Assembly: GCA_963599935.1 (NCBI GenBank)
Contig: CAVCBD010000001.1
Coordinates: forward strand, 1-53,552
From: Acutalibacteraceae bacterium
GTDB lineage: Bacteria > Actinomycetota > Coriobacteriia > Coriobacteriales > Coriobacteriaceae
Length of the DNA stretch: 53,552 nucleotides
Reading direction: 5' to 3'
The notes beneath the pieces were generated by a model, which was not told the DNA's origin, searched no databases, and worked only from the letters and a program-made list of their open reading frames with translations. Shown here one piece after another: positions 38,278 to 48,869 of this stretch. Position 1 is the first letter of the stretch. Each line of letters begins with the position of its first letter. The position numbers and the translations under genes were made by a program.

Positions 38278-39393
38278 ATGGCCGAACTCACGCCTCGCAT
38301 GAAGGAGCTCGTCCAGCCTTACCTGGCCGGTATTGAGCCCTACGATCCCAACTTTACGCCCACGCGCATCAACCTTTCGGCCAACGAGAACACCTATCCC
38401 GTGCCGGCCGGCGTGCGCGAGGCGATCGACGCGGCCCTGGCTGCCACACCGCTCAACCGCTATCCCGATCCCATGTCCAACGACCTGCGCGACGAGCTTG
38501 CTGCCTGGCATGGCGTGACGCGCGAGCATATCTGCGTGGGCAACGGCGGCGACGAGCTGCTCTATAACTATCTGCTGGCGTTTGGCGGCGCGGGGGGGAC
38601 TCTGCTCAACTGCCCGCCGTGCTTTAGCGAGTATGCCTTCTTTGCGTCGCTCTGTCAGACCGAGGTGCGCGACGTGTGGCGCGACCCGGCGACCTTTGAA
38701 CTCGACCAGGCAGCCGTGCTTGCGGCGGCTCCCGAGTGCAGCCTGGCAATCGTGACCTCGCCCAACAATCCCACGGGCGACGTGGCGCCGCTCGACTTTG
38801 TCGCGGCCCTGTGCGATGCGTGCCCCGGCATGGTCATGGTCGACGAGGCCTACGTTGAGTTTGCCGACGATTCGTTTGGCGCGGCCACCACGGCACAGGG
38901 GCTTATCGCCGAGCATCCCAACCTGGTGATTCTGCACACACTGTCCAAGGCGTTTGGCGCCGCCGGCACGCGTCTGGGCTATGTGATCGCCGCACCCGAG
39001 GTCATCGACGTGTTTGCGGCGATTCGCCAGATTTATTCGGTCAACGTGCTGAGCCAAGCTGCCGCACTTGCTTGTGTGCGTGCCCGCGATGCGTATGCGC
39101 CCGTGGTGGCACAGGTCGCATCCGAGCGCGAGCGCGAGCTGGCAGCCCTGCGCGCGATGGCTGCCGAAGGCCTGCCCGTGGAGGCGTGGCCGAGCGCGGC
39201 GAACTTTGTGCTTGTGCGCACGCCGCATGCCACGCGTGTGCGCGAGCGCCTACGCGATGAGTATTCGATTTTGGTGCGTGACTTTAGCTATGCGCCGGGG
39301 CTCGCGGACTGCCTGCGCATTACCGTGGGCACGCCGCAAGAAAACGACGAGGTGCTGGCTGCGTTTGCCGCGCTGGTGAAGGAGGAGATGTAG
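38278..39393 (+). CDS. hisC: Histidinol-phosphate aminotransferase
   Basis: LSANEN, NRYPD, SPNNPTG, DEAY, TLSKAFG..G.RLG. Confidence 0.95.
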   Translation: MAELTPRMKELVQPYLAGIEPYDPNFTPTRINLSANENTYPVPAGVREAIDAALAATPLNRYPDPMSNDLRDELAAWHGVTREHICVGNGGDELLYNYLLAFGGAGGTLLNCPPCFSEYAFFASLCQTEVRDVWRDPATFELDQAAVLAAAPECSLAIVTSPNNPTGDVAPLDFVAALCDACPGMVMVDEAYVEFADDSFGAATTAQGLIAEHPNLVILHTLSKAFGAAGTRLGYVIAAPEVIDVFAAIRQIYSVNVLSQAAALACVRARDAYAPVVAQVASERERELAALRAMAAEGLPVEAWPSAANFVLVRTPHATRVRERLRDEYSILVRDFSYAPGLADCLRITVGTPQENDEVLAAFAALVKEEM

Positions 39394-39981
39394 ATGGGCC
39401 GTTATGCCGAGGTGATCCGTAAGACGGGGGAGACCGATATTGTCGTCAAGCTCGACCTGGATGGAACCGGTGTGTGCGATATCTCGACCGGCGTGCCGTT
39501 TTTCGACCACATGCTCAACGCCTTTGGCCGCCACGGCCTGTTTGACCTGACGGTGCACGCGGTGGGCGACGTGGAAGTCGACGCGCACCACACCGTCGAG
39601 GACACGGGCATTGTGCTGGGCGAGGCGTTTTGCCAAGCGCTGGGCGACAAGGCGGGCATTACGCGCTTTGCCGACGCGGCGATCGCCATGGACGAGACGC
39701 TTGTGATGGCTGCTGTTGATATTTCGGGCCGCGGGCAGGCCTATTGCGAGCTGCCCGTGCCGACCGAGCGCGTGGGCAGCTTCGATACCGAGCTGGCCGT
39801 CGAGTTCTTCTACGCCTTTGCGCGCGATGCCAAGCTTACGCTGCACATGCGCGAGCTGGCGGGCGGCAACTCGCACCACATTATCGAAGCCGCCTTTAAG
39901 GCCGTGGGCCGCACGATGCGCCACGCCTGCGAGCTCGACCCCCGCGTGCAGGGCGTCCCCAGCACCAAGGGTTCGCTGTAG
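39394..39981 (+). CDS. hisB: Imidazoleglycerol-phosphate dehydratase
   Basis: FFDHML, DAHHTVED, NSHHIIE, PSTKGSL. Confidence 0.96.
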   Translation: MGRYAEVIRKTGETDIVVKLDLDGTGVCDISTGVPFFDHMLNAFGRHGLFDLTVHAVGDVEVDAHHTVEDTGIVLGEAFCQALGDKAGITRFADAAIAMDETLVMAAVDISGRGQAYCELPVPTERVGSFDTELAVEFFYAFARDAKLTLHMRELAGGNSHHIIEAAFKAVGRTMRHACELDPRVQGVPSTKGSL

Positions 39982-40059
39982 TTGCGACAGGAGTAAAAAC
40001 CACCACAAAGGGGACAGGCACCTTCGTGGTGGTTTTGGATGAGAAAAAGGGAGGGTCGC

Positions 40060-40761
40060 GTGGGCGAACCGAAGATCGTGGTGGTCGACTACCACAAGGG
40101 CAACTTGTCGAGCGTCGTGCGCGGGCTTGCGCGCGCCGGTGCCGTCGCCTGCACGTCGGACGATCCGGAGCAGATCCGCAGCGCCGACGGCTTGGTCATC
40201 CCAGGCGTGGGCGCGTTCTACGACGCGATCGCCTTTATGCGCCAGAGCGGCGAGGCAGACGCGGTGCTCGATGCCGTGGCCGCTGGAACTCCGCTGCTCG
40301 GCATCTGCCTAGGCCTTCAGCTGTTCTTCGGGCGTGGCAACGAGGGCGTGCCTGCGGACGCGGGCGCGGTCGTGGACGGTGACGTCTCCGAGCAGGCCGG
40401 TGGTCCCTGGGTCGATGGCCTGGGCATCATGCGCGGCTCGTGCACGCGCCTGGAGTCGAGCCGTCTGAAGGTGCCGCACGTGGGCTGGGACCAGGTGCAC
40501 ATGACGCCCGCCGGTGCAGCCGATCCACTGCTTGCCGGTTTTGCCGAGGGCGCCAACATGTACTTCACCCACAGCTACGCGGTGGCCGACGACGCCGATG
40601 CCGCCGACGTACTGGCGCGTACGCACTACACGCGGAGTTTCCCGTGCATCGTGCGCCACGGCAACGTGTGGGGCTGTCAGTTCCATCCCGAGAAATCCTC
40701 CGCGCTGGGCCAGCGCATCCTGAAGAACTTCGTGAGCATCGTCGAGGAGGCCGGCCGATGA
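40060..40761 (+). CDS. hisH: IGP synthase glutamine amidotransferase subunit
   Basis: PGVGAF, GICLG, VPHVGW, QFHPEKS; GTG at 40060 after GGGAGG (ATG at 40039 is an alternative start). Confidence 0.95.
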   Translation: MGEPKIVVVDYHKGNLSSVVRGLARAGAVACTSDDPEQIRSADGLVIPGVGAFYDAIAFMRQSGEADAVLDAVAAGTPLLGICLGLQLFFGRGNEGVPADAGAVVDGDVSEQAGGPWVDGLGIMRGSCTRLESSRLKVPHVGWDQVHMTPAGAADPLLAGFAEGANMYFTHSYAVADDADAADVLARTHYTRSFPCIVRHGNVWGCQFHPEKSSALGQRILKNFVSIVEEAGR

Positions 40762-41501
40762 TCCTGTTTCCCGCAATCGATTTGATTGGCGGCAAGGTCG
40801 TACGCCTGGAGCGCGGCGACCGCAGCCGTTGCAAGGTATATTCCGACGACCCCGTGGCCGTTGCCCGTTCCTTTGCCGAGCAGGGCGCGAGCTGGGTGCA
40901 CGTTGTCGACCTGTCCGCCGCCTTTGGCGAGGACGAGGACGCATGCGCTGCCAACTCGGCGGCGATCGAGGCCATCTGCGGCGTTGACGGCCTGTCCGTG
41001 GACGTGGGCGGCGGCGTTCGCTCGCTCGCCCGCATCGACGAGCTTGCCGGCTACGGCGCGCGTCGCATCGCGCTGGGCACGGTGCTTGTGACCGAGCCGG
41101 GCTTTGCCGAGGTTGCGGCCCGCGGCTTTGGCGAGCTGCTGGTGGCAGACATCGCCGCGCGCGACGGCCAGGTCAAGGTGAACGGCTGGCGCGATGGCGC
41201 GGGCGTAGCGCTCGATGATGCCGTGGCGCAGCTCAGCGAGCTTGGCTTTAAGCACCTGGTTTACACCGATATCGCGCGCGACGGCATGCAGACGGGCATC
41301 GACGTGGCGGCGTATCGCCACGTGGCGCAGGTCGCGGGCTTTCCCGTCGTGGCGTCGGGCGGCATTTCGACGCTCGACGACATCCGCGCGCTCGCTGCGG
41401 TGGGCGAGGATGCTATCGAGGGCGCCATTACCGGTCGTGCACTCTACGAGGGCAACTTTACGCTGGCGCAGGCTCTGGCCGCTGCCCGAGGGGAGGAGTA
41501 G
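40758..41501 (+). CDS. hisA: ProFAR isomerase
   Basis: FPAIDL..GKVVRL, HVVDL, GGGVR, TDIARDG, ASGG. Confidence 0.95.
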   Translation: MILFPAIDLIGGKVVRLERGDRSRCKVYSDDPVAVARSFAEQGASWVHVVDLSAAFGEDEDACAANSAAIEAICGVDGLSVDVGGGVRSLARIDELAGYGARRIALGTVLVTEPGFAEVAARGFGELLVADIAARDGQVKVNGWRDGAGVALDDAVAQLSELGFKHLVYTDIARDGMQTGIDVAAYRHVAQVAGFPVVASGGISTLDDIRALAAVGEDAIEGAITGRALYEGNFTLAQALAAARGEE

Positions 41502-41504
41502 CCC

Positions 41505-42287
<783 letters not shown>

Positions 42288-42296
42288 CGCTGCGGC

Positions 42297-42392
42297 TTGT
42301 CCAGGTGCCCGACCTTCCGGCTCCAACCCTCCTCGCGTACTTTAAGTACGCGTCGTCGGGCTTGTCGCTCGGAATCTCGGGCACCTGGACAA
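42297..42392. repeat. Palindromic element inserted between hisF and hisI
   Basis: 16-bp terminal inverted repeats TTGTCCAGGTGCCCGA; apex CGCGTAC-TTTAA-GTACGCG. Confidence 0.75.
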
Positions 42393-42430
42393 CCCTCGCC
42401 GACCTGCGAAGTTTGAATTTGGGGAGAGAA

Positions 42431-42772
42431 ATGGAAGAGATAACCGATCCTTCAAAACTTACGTACGACGCCCGCGGGCTGATTCCTTGCGTGGTTCAGC
42501 AGCATGACACCGGTGAGGTGCTTATGGTTGCTTGGATGAACGAGGAATCGGTGGGGCTGACGCTCAAGACCGGGACCACGTGGTTTTGGAGTCGCAGCCG
42601 TCAGGAGCTCTGGAACAAGGGCGCGACGAGTGGCAACATGCAGGAGGTCAAGGAGCTCTGGGCCGACTGCGATAGCGATACGCTGCTGGTCAAGGTGGAC
42701 TCACCGGGCCCGGCCTGCCATACCGGCAACCGTACCTGCTTCTTTAAGCGCGTGGAAGGGGGAGTGCGATGA
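42431..42772 (+). CDS. hisI: Phosphoribosyl-AMP cyclohydrolase
   Basis: [28 protein letters not shown]. Confidence 0.95.
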   Translation: MEEITDPSKLTYDARGLIPCVVQQHDTGEVLMVAWMNEESVGLTLKTGTTWFWSRSRQELWNKGATSGNMQEVKELWADCDSDTLLVKVDSPGPACHTGNRTCFFKRVEGGVR

Positions 42773-42996
42773 AAGTCGTGACGCCGTTCGAGGTCGCCGA
42801 ATGCAACACCGAGCTCCTCCGCGCGGGCGTGCCATGCCGCGTGCACCTGACTGATGCCTGCGGGGCGCAGTCGCTTTGGCTCGAGGCCGAGAAGGAAAGG
42901 CTCAATGAGGCCCATGCCGTCATCGTCGAGTTCTTTGAGAAAAAGGGCGCAAAGCCTCGGTTCGATGAGACCGGTACCTACTTTACGCTGCAGTAA
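42769..42996 (+). CDS. Small conserved protein, RDAC-like family (HLTDACG motif)
   Basis: 75 aa; ATGA overlap with hisI; GGGGAG RBS. Confidence 0.7.
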   Translation: MKVVTPFEVAECNTELLRAGVPCRVHLTDACGAQSLWLEAEKERLNEAHAVIVEFFEKKGAKPRFDETGTYFTLQ

Positions 42997-43011
42997 CGAG
43001 AGGAAATAACC

Positions 43012-43329
43012 ATGGGAGTCAGAACAGCTAACGTGCAGCCGGGAAACATCGGTGAGACGCTGACGGGACTGGCCGAGGTGATTCACGGTCGTCGCGACGC
43101 ATCGCCGCAGGAGAGCTATACCGCGCGTCTGCTGACCGACGTCGAGGACGAGCTTCTCAAGAAGCTTGCCGAGGAGGCGAGCGAGGTGATCATGGCCTGC
43201 AAGGATAACGACCACGATCACATCCGCTACGAGGCCGGCGACCTGATCTACCACCTGCTCGTGACGCTCGAGCGCTACGGCATCACCCTCGACGAACTGG
43301 CCGGCGAACTCAACGCCCGCCGCCACTAG
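43012..43329 (+). CDS. hisE: Phosphoribosyl-ATP pyrophosphatase
   Basis: SYTARL, KKLAEEASE, EAGDLIYH. Confidence 0.95.
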   Translation: MGVRTANVQPGNIGETLTGLAEVIHGRRDASPQESYTARLLTDVEDELLKKLAEEASEVIMACKDNDHDHIRYEAGDLIYHLLVTLERYGITLDELAGELNARRH

Positions 43330-43356
43330 TCATTGGGGACGTTCTTAAACGACTAG

Positions 43357-44268
43357 TTAGGCGAGGGGCGTGGATTCCCATTCGCCGGTGGGGTGGGGGA
43401 TATCGAAGGCCCGGTAGCCGCAGTCGTAGGCGTGGGCCTGGGCCTCGCGGATGTTCCAGCAGATGTCGCAGGCGCGGTGCGCGTCCGAGCCAAAGGTGAT
43501 GGGCACCTCGGCATGGGCGAAGCGGCGCAACAGCCCGGTCGCGGGGTAGTAATCGTCGAGCCCCTTGCGCGGTGCGGCGGTCGAGACCTCAACGCGGCGA
43601 CCCGTATCGTGGGCGCATTCGGCCATCTGCTCCCAAAACGGCGCGGGGTCAAAGTCGGGTGCAAAGCCGTCCTTCGAAAAGCGCATGACCAGGTCGGGAT
43701 GGGCCATCGCGTCAAAGTTGAGTGAGCTTTCGCAAGCACGGCACCAGTCGTCGACGTAGCACTCCCACACGCCGCGCACGCCTAAGTTTTCCCAAACATG
43801 CAAGTTGGTATCGTCGTCGATCCAACCGCAAAGGGAATCGGGTGTATCGGGGCGCGCGACGTCCTCTGTTCCTGCCGTGCCCGCGGCGCCTGCCGCAATA
43901 TCGTCCGGGTTGCCAATCCAGTGCACGCTGCCCAGACGTACGACGGCGCCCTGGGACCAGTGCTCTACCAAGGGCTCGCAGCCCTCGTACCAATCACATT
44001 CAAAACCGTAGATAAAGGTGAGCTCCGGCGCAATCTGCGCGGCGAGTTTGCGGGCGTCCTCAAAGGCCAAACGATGTGCCGGCAAGTCGCCCTCGACGAC
44101 CTGCACCTCGCAGTTAGCATCCATACTGGCGGGCAGGGTAAGGTGGTCGGTCGAGACCATGACGCGGCAGCCGGCGGCAGCAGCGGCACGGACGTTGTCC
44201 TCGAACGAGGCGTGCCCGTCCGAGAACGAGGTATGAGTATGGCAATCGACCAGCGGGCAGGCGGGCAT
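43357..44268 (-). CDS. PHP-family histidinol-phosphatase (HisJ/HisK-like)
   Basis: DCHTHT, STDH, LGSVH, AHPD, FGSDAH; adjacent to the his operon, which has only a monofunctional hisB. Confidence 0.8.
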   Translation of the reverse strand: MPACPLVDCHTHTSFSDGHASFEDNVRAAAAAGCRVMVSTDHLTLPASMDANCEVQVVEGDLPAHRLAFEDARKLAAQIAPELTFIYGFECDWYEGCEPLVEHWSQGAVVRLGSVHWIGNPDDIAAGAAGTAGTEDVARPDTPDSLCGWIDDDTNLHVWENLGVRGVWECYVDDWCRACESSLNFDAMAHPDLVMRFSKDGFAPDFDPAPFWEQMAECAHDTGRRVEVSTAAPRKGLDDYYPATGLLRRFAHAEVPITFGSDAHRACDICWNIREAQAHAYDCGYRAFDIPHPTGEWESTPLA

Positions 44269-44375
44269 GGTGACTCCTTTGCGTCAAGCGAATCCGCTTC
44301 ATTGTAATGGCGCAGCTCTCAACACGCCGGGCACGCCGGGGGTCGAAATCGATTGGAAAGGCTGCGCGGCGCGCG

Positions 44376-44457
44376 GTGCGGCCTCGCTCTAAAATGTGTA
44401 CGTCAGCCTCCAAAAGCTGCAAAAAATGACATGTTTGGAGGCTGACGTACACGTTTG
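44376..44457. repeat. 82-bp palindromic (REP-doublet-like) element, copy 1
   Basis: GTGTACGTCAGCCTCCAAA...TTTGGAGGCTGACGTACAC; direct repeat of 48683-48764. Confidence 0.9.
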
Positions 44458-44500
44458 AGACGAGGGCGAGGGGCGGGGCAGCGCGTGCCGGCGCCGGCGA

Positions 44501-44920
44501 CTACTTGCTTCGTGTCGCCGCTCGTTTGGACTGCACGGTTATAATCGCGTGCCGCACGGCGGTGACGGGACGATAGCGGATCATACGCGGTCCCGACCAG
44601 CGCATGACCTCGCGGATCTTCTCGCGCACGGCAGGCCGGTAACAATGCGAAGGACAGGCCGAGCAAAATGTCTTGGTGCCCATGTGCGGGCAGTGCTCAA
44701 TGCGCGCGATGGCGTATTTCTGCAGCTCGGCGCATTCGGGGCAGAGCGTAATGGTTCGAAGGCCGAGTTTCACGCGCACGGACTCATCGTCGCCAGCCTG
44801 TTCGACCACATGCCCGCCGCCATGATGCCCACGACACCACAGCGCAATCATCTGCGACACCATTTGGGCCTCACGCTCACGTTTGCGTGCTAGCTCCGGT
44901 GTGTCGACTGGGCGCGCCAT
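44501..44920 (-). CDS. YgbA ('nitrous oxide-stimulated promoter') family Cys-rich protein
   Basis: MIALWC, LCPEC..L..YA..R...CP....KTFCSACPSHCY, MRWSGPRM; TAATG-coupled to the ABC gene. Confidence 0.85.
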   Translation of the reverse strand: MARPVDTPELARKREREAQMVSQMIALWCRGHHGGGHVVEQAGDDESVRVKLGLRTITLCPECAELQKYAIARIEHCPHMGTKTFCSACPSHCYRPAVREKIREVMRWSGPRMIRYRPVTAVRHAIITVQSKRAATRSK

Positions 44921-47900
44921 TAGCTCAGCCTCCCGTGCTCGACCGAAAGCGAGAAATCGGCAAACGCGCAGGTGCTGGCACGGTGGCTCACGAGCACAAT
45001 GGTCTTGCCGCGGCGCTTGAGCTCGTCGATTGCCTGCATCACGGACGCCTCGTTGAGAGCATCGAGCGCGCTGGTGGGTTCGTCGAGCAAGATGAAGGGT
45101 GCGTCGTTGAGGAAGATGCGCGCAAGGCCGATGCGCTGGCGCTCGCCGCCCGAAAGCGAGTCGCCCAGCTCGGCAACGGGCGTGTCGAGTCCCTGCGGCA
45201 GACGGTCGATGAGCGTGGTGAGTGAGGCGGACTGGCAGGCATCGAGTAGCTCGGTATCGGTGGCGTTGGCACGCGCGACCAGCAGGTTCTCGCGTACGGT
45301 GCCGCAGAACAGATGCGTGTCCTGGGTCATATAGGCCTCGTGGCTGCGCAGGCTCGCCGTGTTGATGTGGCGGGCATCGACGCCGCTCACCGTGATGGTG
45401 CCGGCGGTGGGGTCCCAAAAGCGCATGAGCAGCTTAAGCAGCGTCGACTTGCCCGAACCCGAGCGCCCCATGATGCAGGTCATGGTACCGGGCGCAAAGG
45501 TGCAGGTCACGTCGTCGAGGATGAGACTCGCAGCGGTGTCGTTCGCGACCTGCTCTGTGGCGCCCGCACCGCCCGCGTCCACGCCGCCCACATAGCTAAA
45601 GCTCACATGCTCGGCTGCGGCGCCGGCAAACTCAACGTTCTGTCCATCGGCGACCTCGGCGCACTGGGGCTGCTCGTCGAGCAAATCGAGCACGCGTGCG
45701 CCCGAGGCGAGCGTCTCCTGCAGTGAGGCGCCCAGGCGGCTCACGGCCATCACCGAGCCAAACGACGACACAAAGGTAAAGACGGCGACAAACGCTGCGG
45801 CAAAGTCAATCGTTCCCGCAGCCACCAGCTGCAGCGCACGCCCGAGCATCACCAGATTAGCCACAAGAATAAGCGCATCGGCTACGGCCTCGCTGACCGC
45901 CTGGCGGCGCTTGAGGCGCGCGTCCACGGCGCCGACTTGCTCGGTCAGCTTGCCCAGGGCACGGCTGCGATCGGTGCCACCGGCAAACTGGATGGTCTCG
46001 GACGCGCCGCGTAGACTGTCGAGTACAAAGGCGCCCAGCTTACCGGCGCCCTCGCGGCTCTGGCGGCCGGTGGTGCCGCATGCCTTGGCCGAGGTCAGGG
46101 GCAGCAGCACGCCCAGGACCGCGTAGGCCACGAGCGCGATGCCCGCGAGCTCGGGGCTCACAGCCAGCAAAAAGCCCTCAAACACAACGGTGCAGACCAG
46201 AGCTATGGCAATGGGCGAGATGGTGTGCGCGTAGAAGACCTCGAGTAGCTCGATATCCGAGGTGACCAGGCTCACGAGCTCGCCCTTGCCGCGGCCCTCG
46301 AGCTTGGCGGGGGCGAGCTGGCGCAGGGCGCCAAACACCAGGTCGCGAATGTGTGCGAGCAGACGGAATGCGATGTAATGGTTGCAGAGCTGCTCGCCGT
46401 AGTGGAGCGGCCCGCGCGCGATGCCGCAGGCGGCGCAGGCCGCGCATGCTGCGATAAGACCAAGCCCCAAGGCGTTGCGGCCCAGCGCGGCCATAAGGCC
46501 AAGGGCGCCAAAGGCCGGCACGAACGCGGCGGTGAGCATGCCGATGCTGCCCAGCGCGACGGCTAGCACAAGCCAGCCAGCAAGCGGTCGGACGAGCCCC
46601 ATCATGCGCCACATGATGGACGGCGCCGAGCGACGGGCGCGGCCGGAGTCAGGCGCCGCGGCAGCGGAAGACGAACTAGTACCGTTGAGGCCATCGGCAC
46701 AGGCGGCGCTGCCGTCAACAGCCTCAACCGCGCCGGCATCCTCAGCATCACCCTCTGCATACGCATATGCCGAGAGCTGCTTCTGGCTGTTCCACATGCG
46801 CGCATAGGCGCCCGCGGCGGCCAAGAGCTCGCCGTGAGTCCCGTGCTCGGCAATGCGGCCGCGTTCCAGCACCAGGATCTGATCGGCGTCCACGATCGTC
46901 GACAGGCGGTGTGCCACCACAATTACAGTGTGCCCGCCGGCAAGCGACGCGATGACCTCGCCGATCGCGGCCTCGCTTGCGGCATCGACGTTGCTCGTAG
47001 CCTCGTCAAACACATAGATCGGCGAGTCGTGCAGCAGGGCGCGGGCCATGCACACGCGCTGGCGCTGGCCGCCCGAAAGGTTGGTGCCACCCTCGTTAAT
47101 CACCATGTCGAGCCCGCCGTTGGCCCGCACAAAGGCCGCCACGCGCGTGCGGTCGAGCGCGCGCAAAAGCTCGGTGTCGGTGGCGTTGGGCTGGGCGAGC
47201 AGCAGGTTGTCGCGCAGGGTGCCGGCAAACAGGTAGCCGTTGGTGGGCACCAGCGTGACGGCGCGCATGAGTGAGGCGGCCGTGACATCGCGCAGCTCGA
47301 CGCCGCCAATGCGCACGCTGCCGCGGTAGGCGTCCTTGCGGCCCGCGATAATCCCCGCGAGCGTGGACTTGCCGCCGCCGCTTTCGCCCACGAGTGCCAC
47401 GAGCGAGCCGTGCGCAATGGTCGCGCTGGCGCTGTCCAGCACGGTGCGGTCGCTGTAGGCATAGCTCACGCCTGCGAGCTCGATATCGCCGCGACCATCA
47501 AGCTCAACATCGCCGCGCTCGGGCTCGGGCGTATCCAAAATGCCAAACATGCGGCGCGAGGCGGCCATGCCGTTCATGGCCGTGTGGAACAGCGATCCCA
47601 GGCGGCGCATAGGCAAAAAGAACTCCTGTGACAGAAAGACGATGAGGAAGGCCGCCTCAAAGCCGATCTTGCCCGTGGCGAGCTGCAGCGCGGCTACGAT
47701 AATGCCGAGCGCGGCGCCCATATAGACGACCAGGTCCATAACGCAAATGGAGCGCAGCTGCATCACCAGCAGGCGCATGGTCGCTGTGCGGAAACGCTCG
47801 GACTCGGCGTTGATGCGCTCGTGCCAGCTGCGATCGGCCTGGTAGACCTTAAGGGTGGTGAGACCCTGCACGGCCTCCAGGAACATGCCGCCAAGATCGA

Positions 47901-48486
47901 CATAGCTGCCCCAGTACTCGGCACCGATCTTTTTGGCGTTGCGCATGACCATCATGATGGAGACGGGGATGACCGGAACGCAGGCGAGCAGCAGCGCGGC
48001 GGGAAGACCCGCTTGGCCCACGAGCAGTACAAACAGCGTGATGGGTGCCAAGCCGGCAAAGAAGAGCTGCGGCAGGTAACCGCCAAAGTACACCTGGAGT
48101 TGCGTGGCGCCCTCGACGCTGGTCTGGACGGCCTCGGCGGTGGGGACGGTCTCGGTGTAGGAGGGGCCGAGTGCGGTGAGCTTGTCGTAGACGAGCGAGC
48201 GCACGCGGCGGACGGCCTCGAACGCGGCCTTGTCGCCGGCGCGTTGGGCCAGGTAGATGGAGGCGGCGCGCACGATGATGGCGGCGGCGAGCGGCAAGGC
48301 CGCCTGTGCGAGGGCATCGACGGCGAGCGCGGCGGAAAGACCGTCCGTGACGATGCCGCCCAAGATGCGCGCAAGCACCCACATCACCGTGATGTTTGCC
48401 ATGAGCGCGATCCATTTAAACAGGACGCTCGCCACAATGTAGGGCGTTGCCTGCGGAACCAGGGAGAAGAGCCGCTTCTCGAACAT
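44920..48486 (-). CDS. Single-chain fused heterodimeric ABC transporter (TMD-NBD-TMD-NBD; CydDC/IrtAB-like)
   Basis: Two Walker A (GESGGGKST, GRSGSGKST) and two LSGG signatures, each after a TMD; 1188 aa. Confidence 0.9.
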   Translation of the reverse strand: MFEKRLFSLVPQATPYIVASVLFKWIALMANITVMWVLARILGGIVTDGLSAALAVDALAQAALPLAAAIIVRAASIYLAQRAGDKAAFEAVRRVRSLVYDKLTALGPSYTETVPTAEAVQTSVEGATQLQVYFGGYLPQLFFAGLAPITLFVLLVGQAGLPAALLLACVPVIPVSIMMVMRNAKKIGAEYWGSYVDLGGMFLEAVQGLTTLKVYQADRSWHERINAESERFRTATMRLLVMQLRSICVMDLVVYMGAALGIIVAALQLATGKIGFEAAFLIVFLSQEFFLPMRRLGSLFHTAMNGMAASRRMFGILDTPEPERGDVELDGRGDIELAGVSYAYSDRTVLDSASATIAHGSLVALVGESGGGKSTLAGIIAGRKDAYRGSVRIGGVELRDVTAASLMRAVTLVPTNGYLFAGTLRDNLLLAQPNATDTELLRALDRTRVAAFVRANGGLDMVINEGGTNLSGGQRQRVCMARALLHDSPIYVFDEATSNVDAASEAAIGEVIASLAGGHTVIVVAHRLSTIVDADQILVLERGRIAEHGTHGELLAAAGAYARMWNSQKQLSAYAYAEGDAEDAGAVEAVDGSAACADGLNGTSSSSAAAAPDSGRARRSAPSIMWRMMGLVRPLAGWLVLAVALGSIGMLTAAFVPAFGALGLMAALGRNALGLGLIAACAACAACGIARGPLHYGEQLCNHYIAFRLLAHIRDLVFGALRQLAPAKLEGRGKGELVSLVTSDIELLEVFYAHTISPIAIALVCTVVFEGFLLAVSPELAGIALVAYAVLGVLLPLTSAKACGTTGRQSREGAGKLGAFVLDSLRGASETIQFAGGTDRSRALGKLTEQVGAVDARLKRRQAVSEAVADALILVANLVMLGRALQLVAAGTIDFAAAFVAVFTFVSSFGSVMAVSRLGASLQETLASGARVLDLLDEQPQCAEVADGQNVEFAGAAAEHVSFSYVGGVDAGGAGATEQVANDTAASLILDDVTCTFAPGTMTCIMGRSGSGKSTLLKLLMRFWDPTAGTITVSGVDARHINTASLRSHEAYMTQDTHLFCGTVRENLLVARANATDTELLDACQSASLTTLIDRLPQGLDTPVAELGDSLSGGERQRIGLARIFLNDAPFILLDEPTSALDALNEASVMQAIDELKRRGKTIVLVSHRASTCAFADFSLSVEHGRLS

Positions 48487-48682
48487 GAAACCTCCGATGC
48501 CGTAACGGTGCCGGGCGGGGTCCTCGGCAGCCGCTTAGTTAGCCAAATGCAACTAGAGTAACATCGTGCAGCGGGTAAGTATGCCGAGGGTAATTTTTGG
48601 TCGATGAACTGCGTAGAAAGTCCAAAATTGTTGAGTGCGGCGAACTTTGTGGTGGACGGAGTGCGGGCGCAATTCTGATCGT

Positions 48683-48764
48683 GTGCGGCCTCGCTCCAAA
48701 ACGTGTACGTCAGCCTCCAAAACCGACAAAAAATGACATGTTTGGAGGCTGACGTACACGTTTG
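48683..48764. repeat. 82-bp palindromic element, copy 2
   Basis: AAACGTGTACGTCAGCCTCCAAA...TTTGGAGGCTGACGTACACGTTT. Confidence 0.9.
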
Positions 48765-48869
48765 GATAGGGGTGAGGGCGGCGACGGACGAAAGTCACGC
48801 CTGTGCCACGTCCGATGTGCTAGCGTTTGGGTGAATAAAACGAGCCCGTGCGGAAAGGATTCGGACCGT

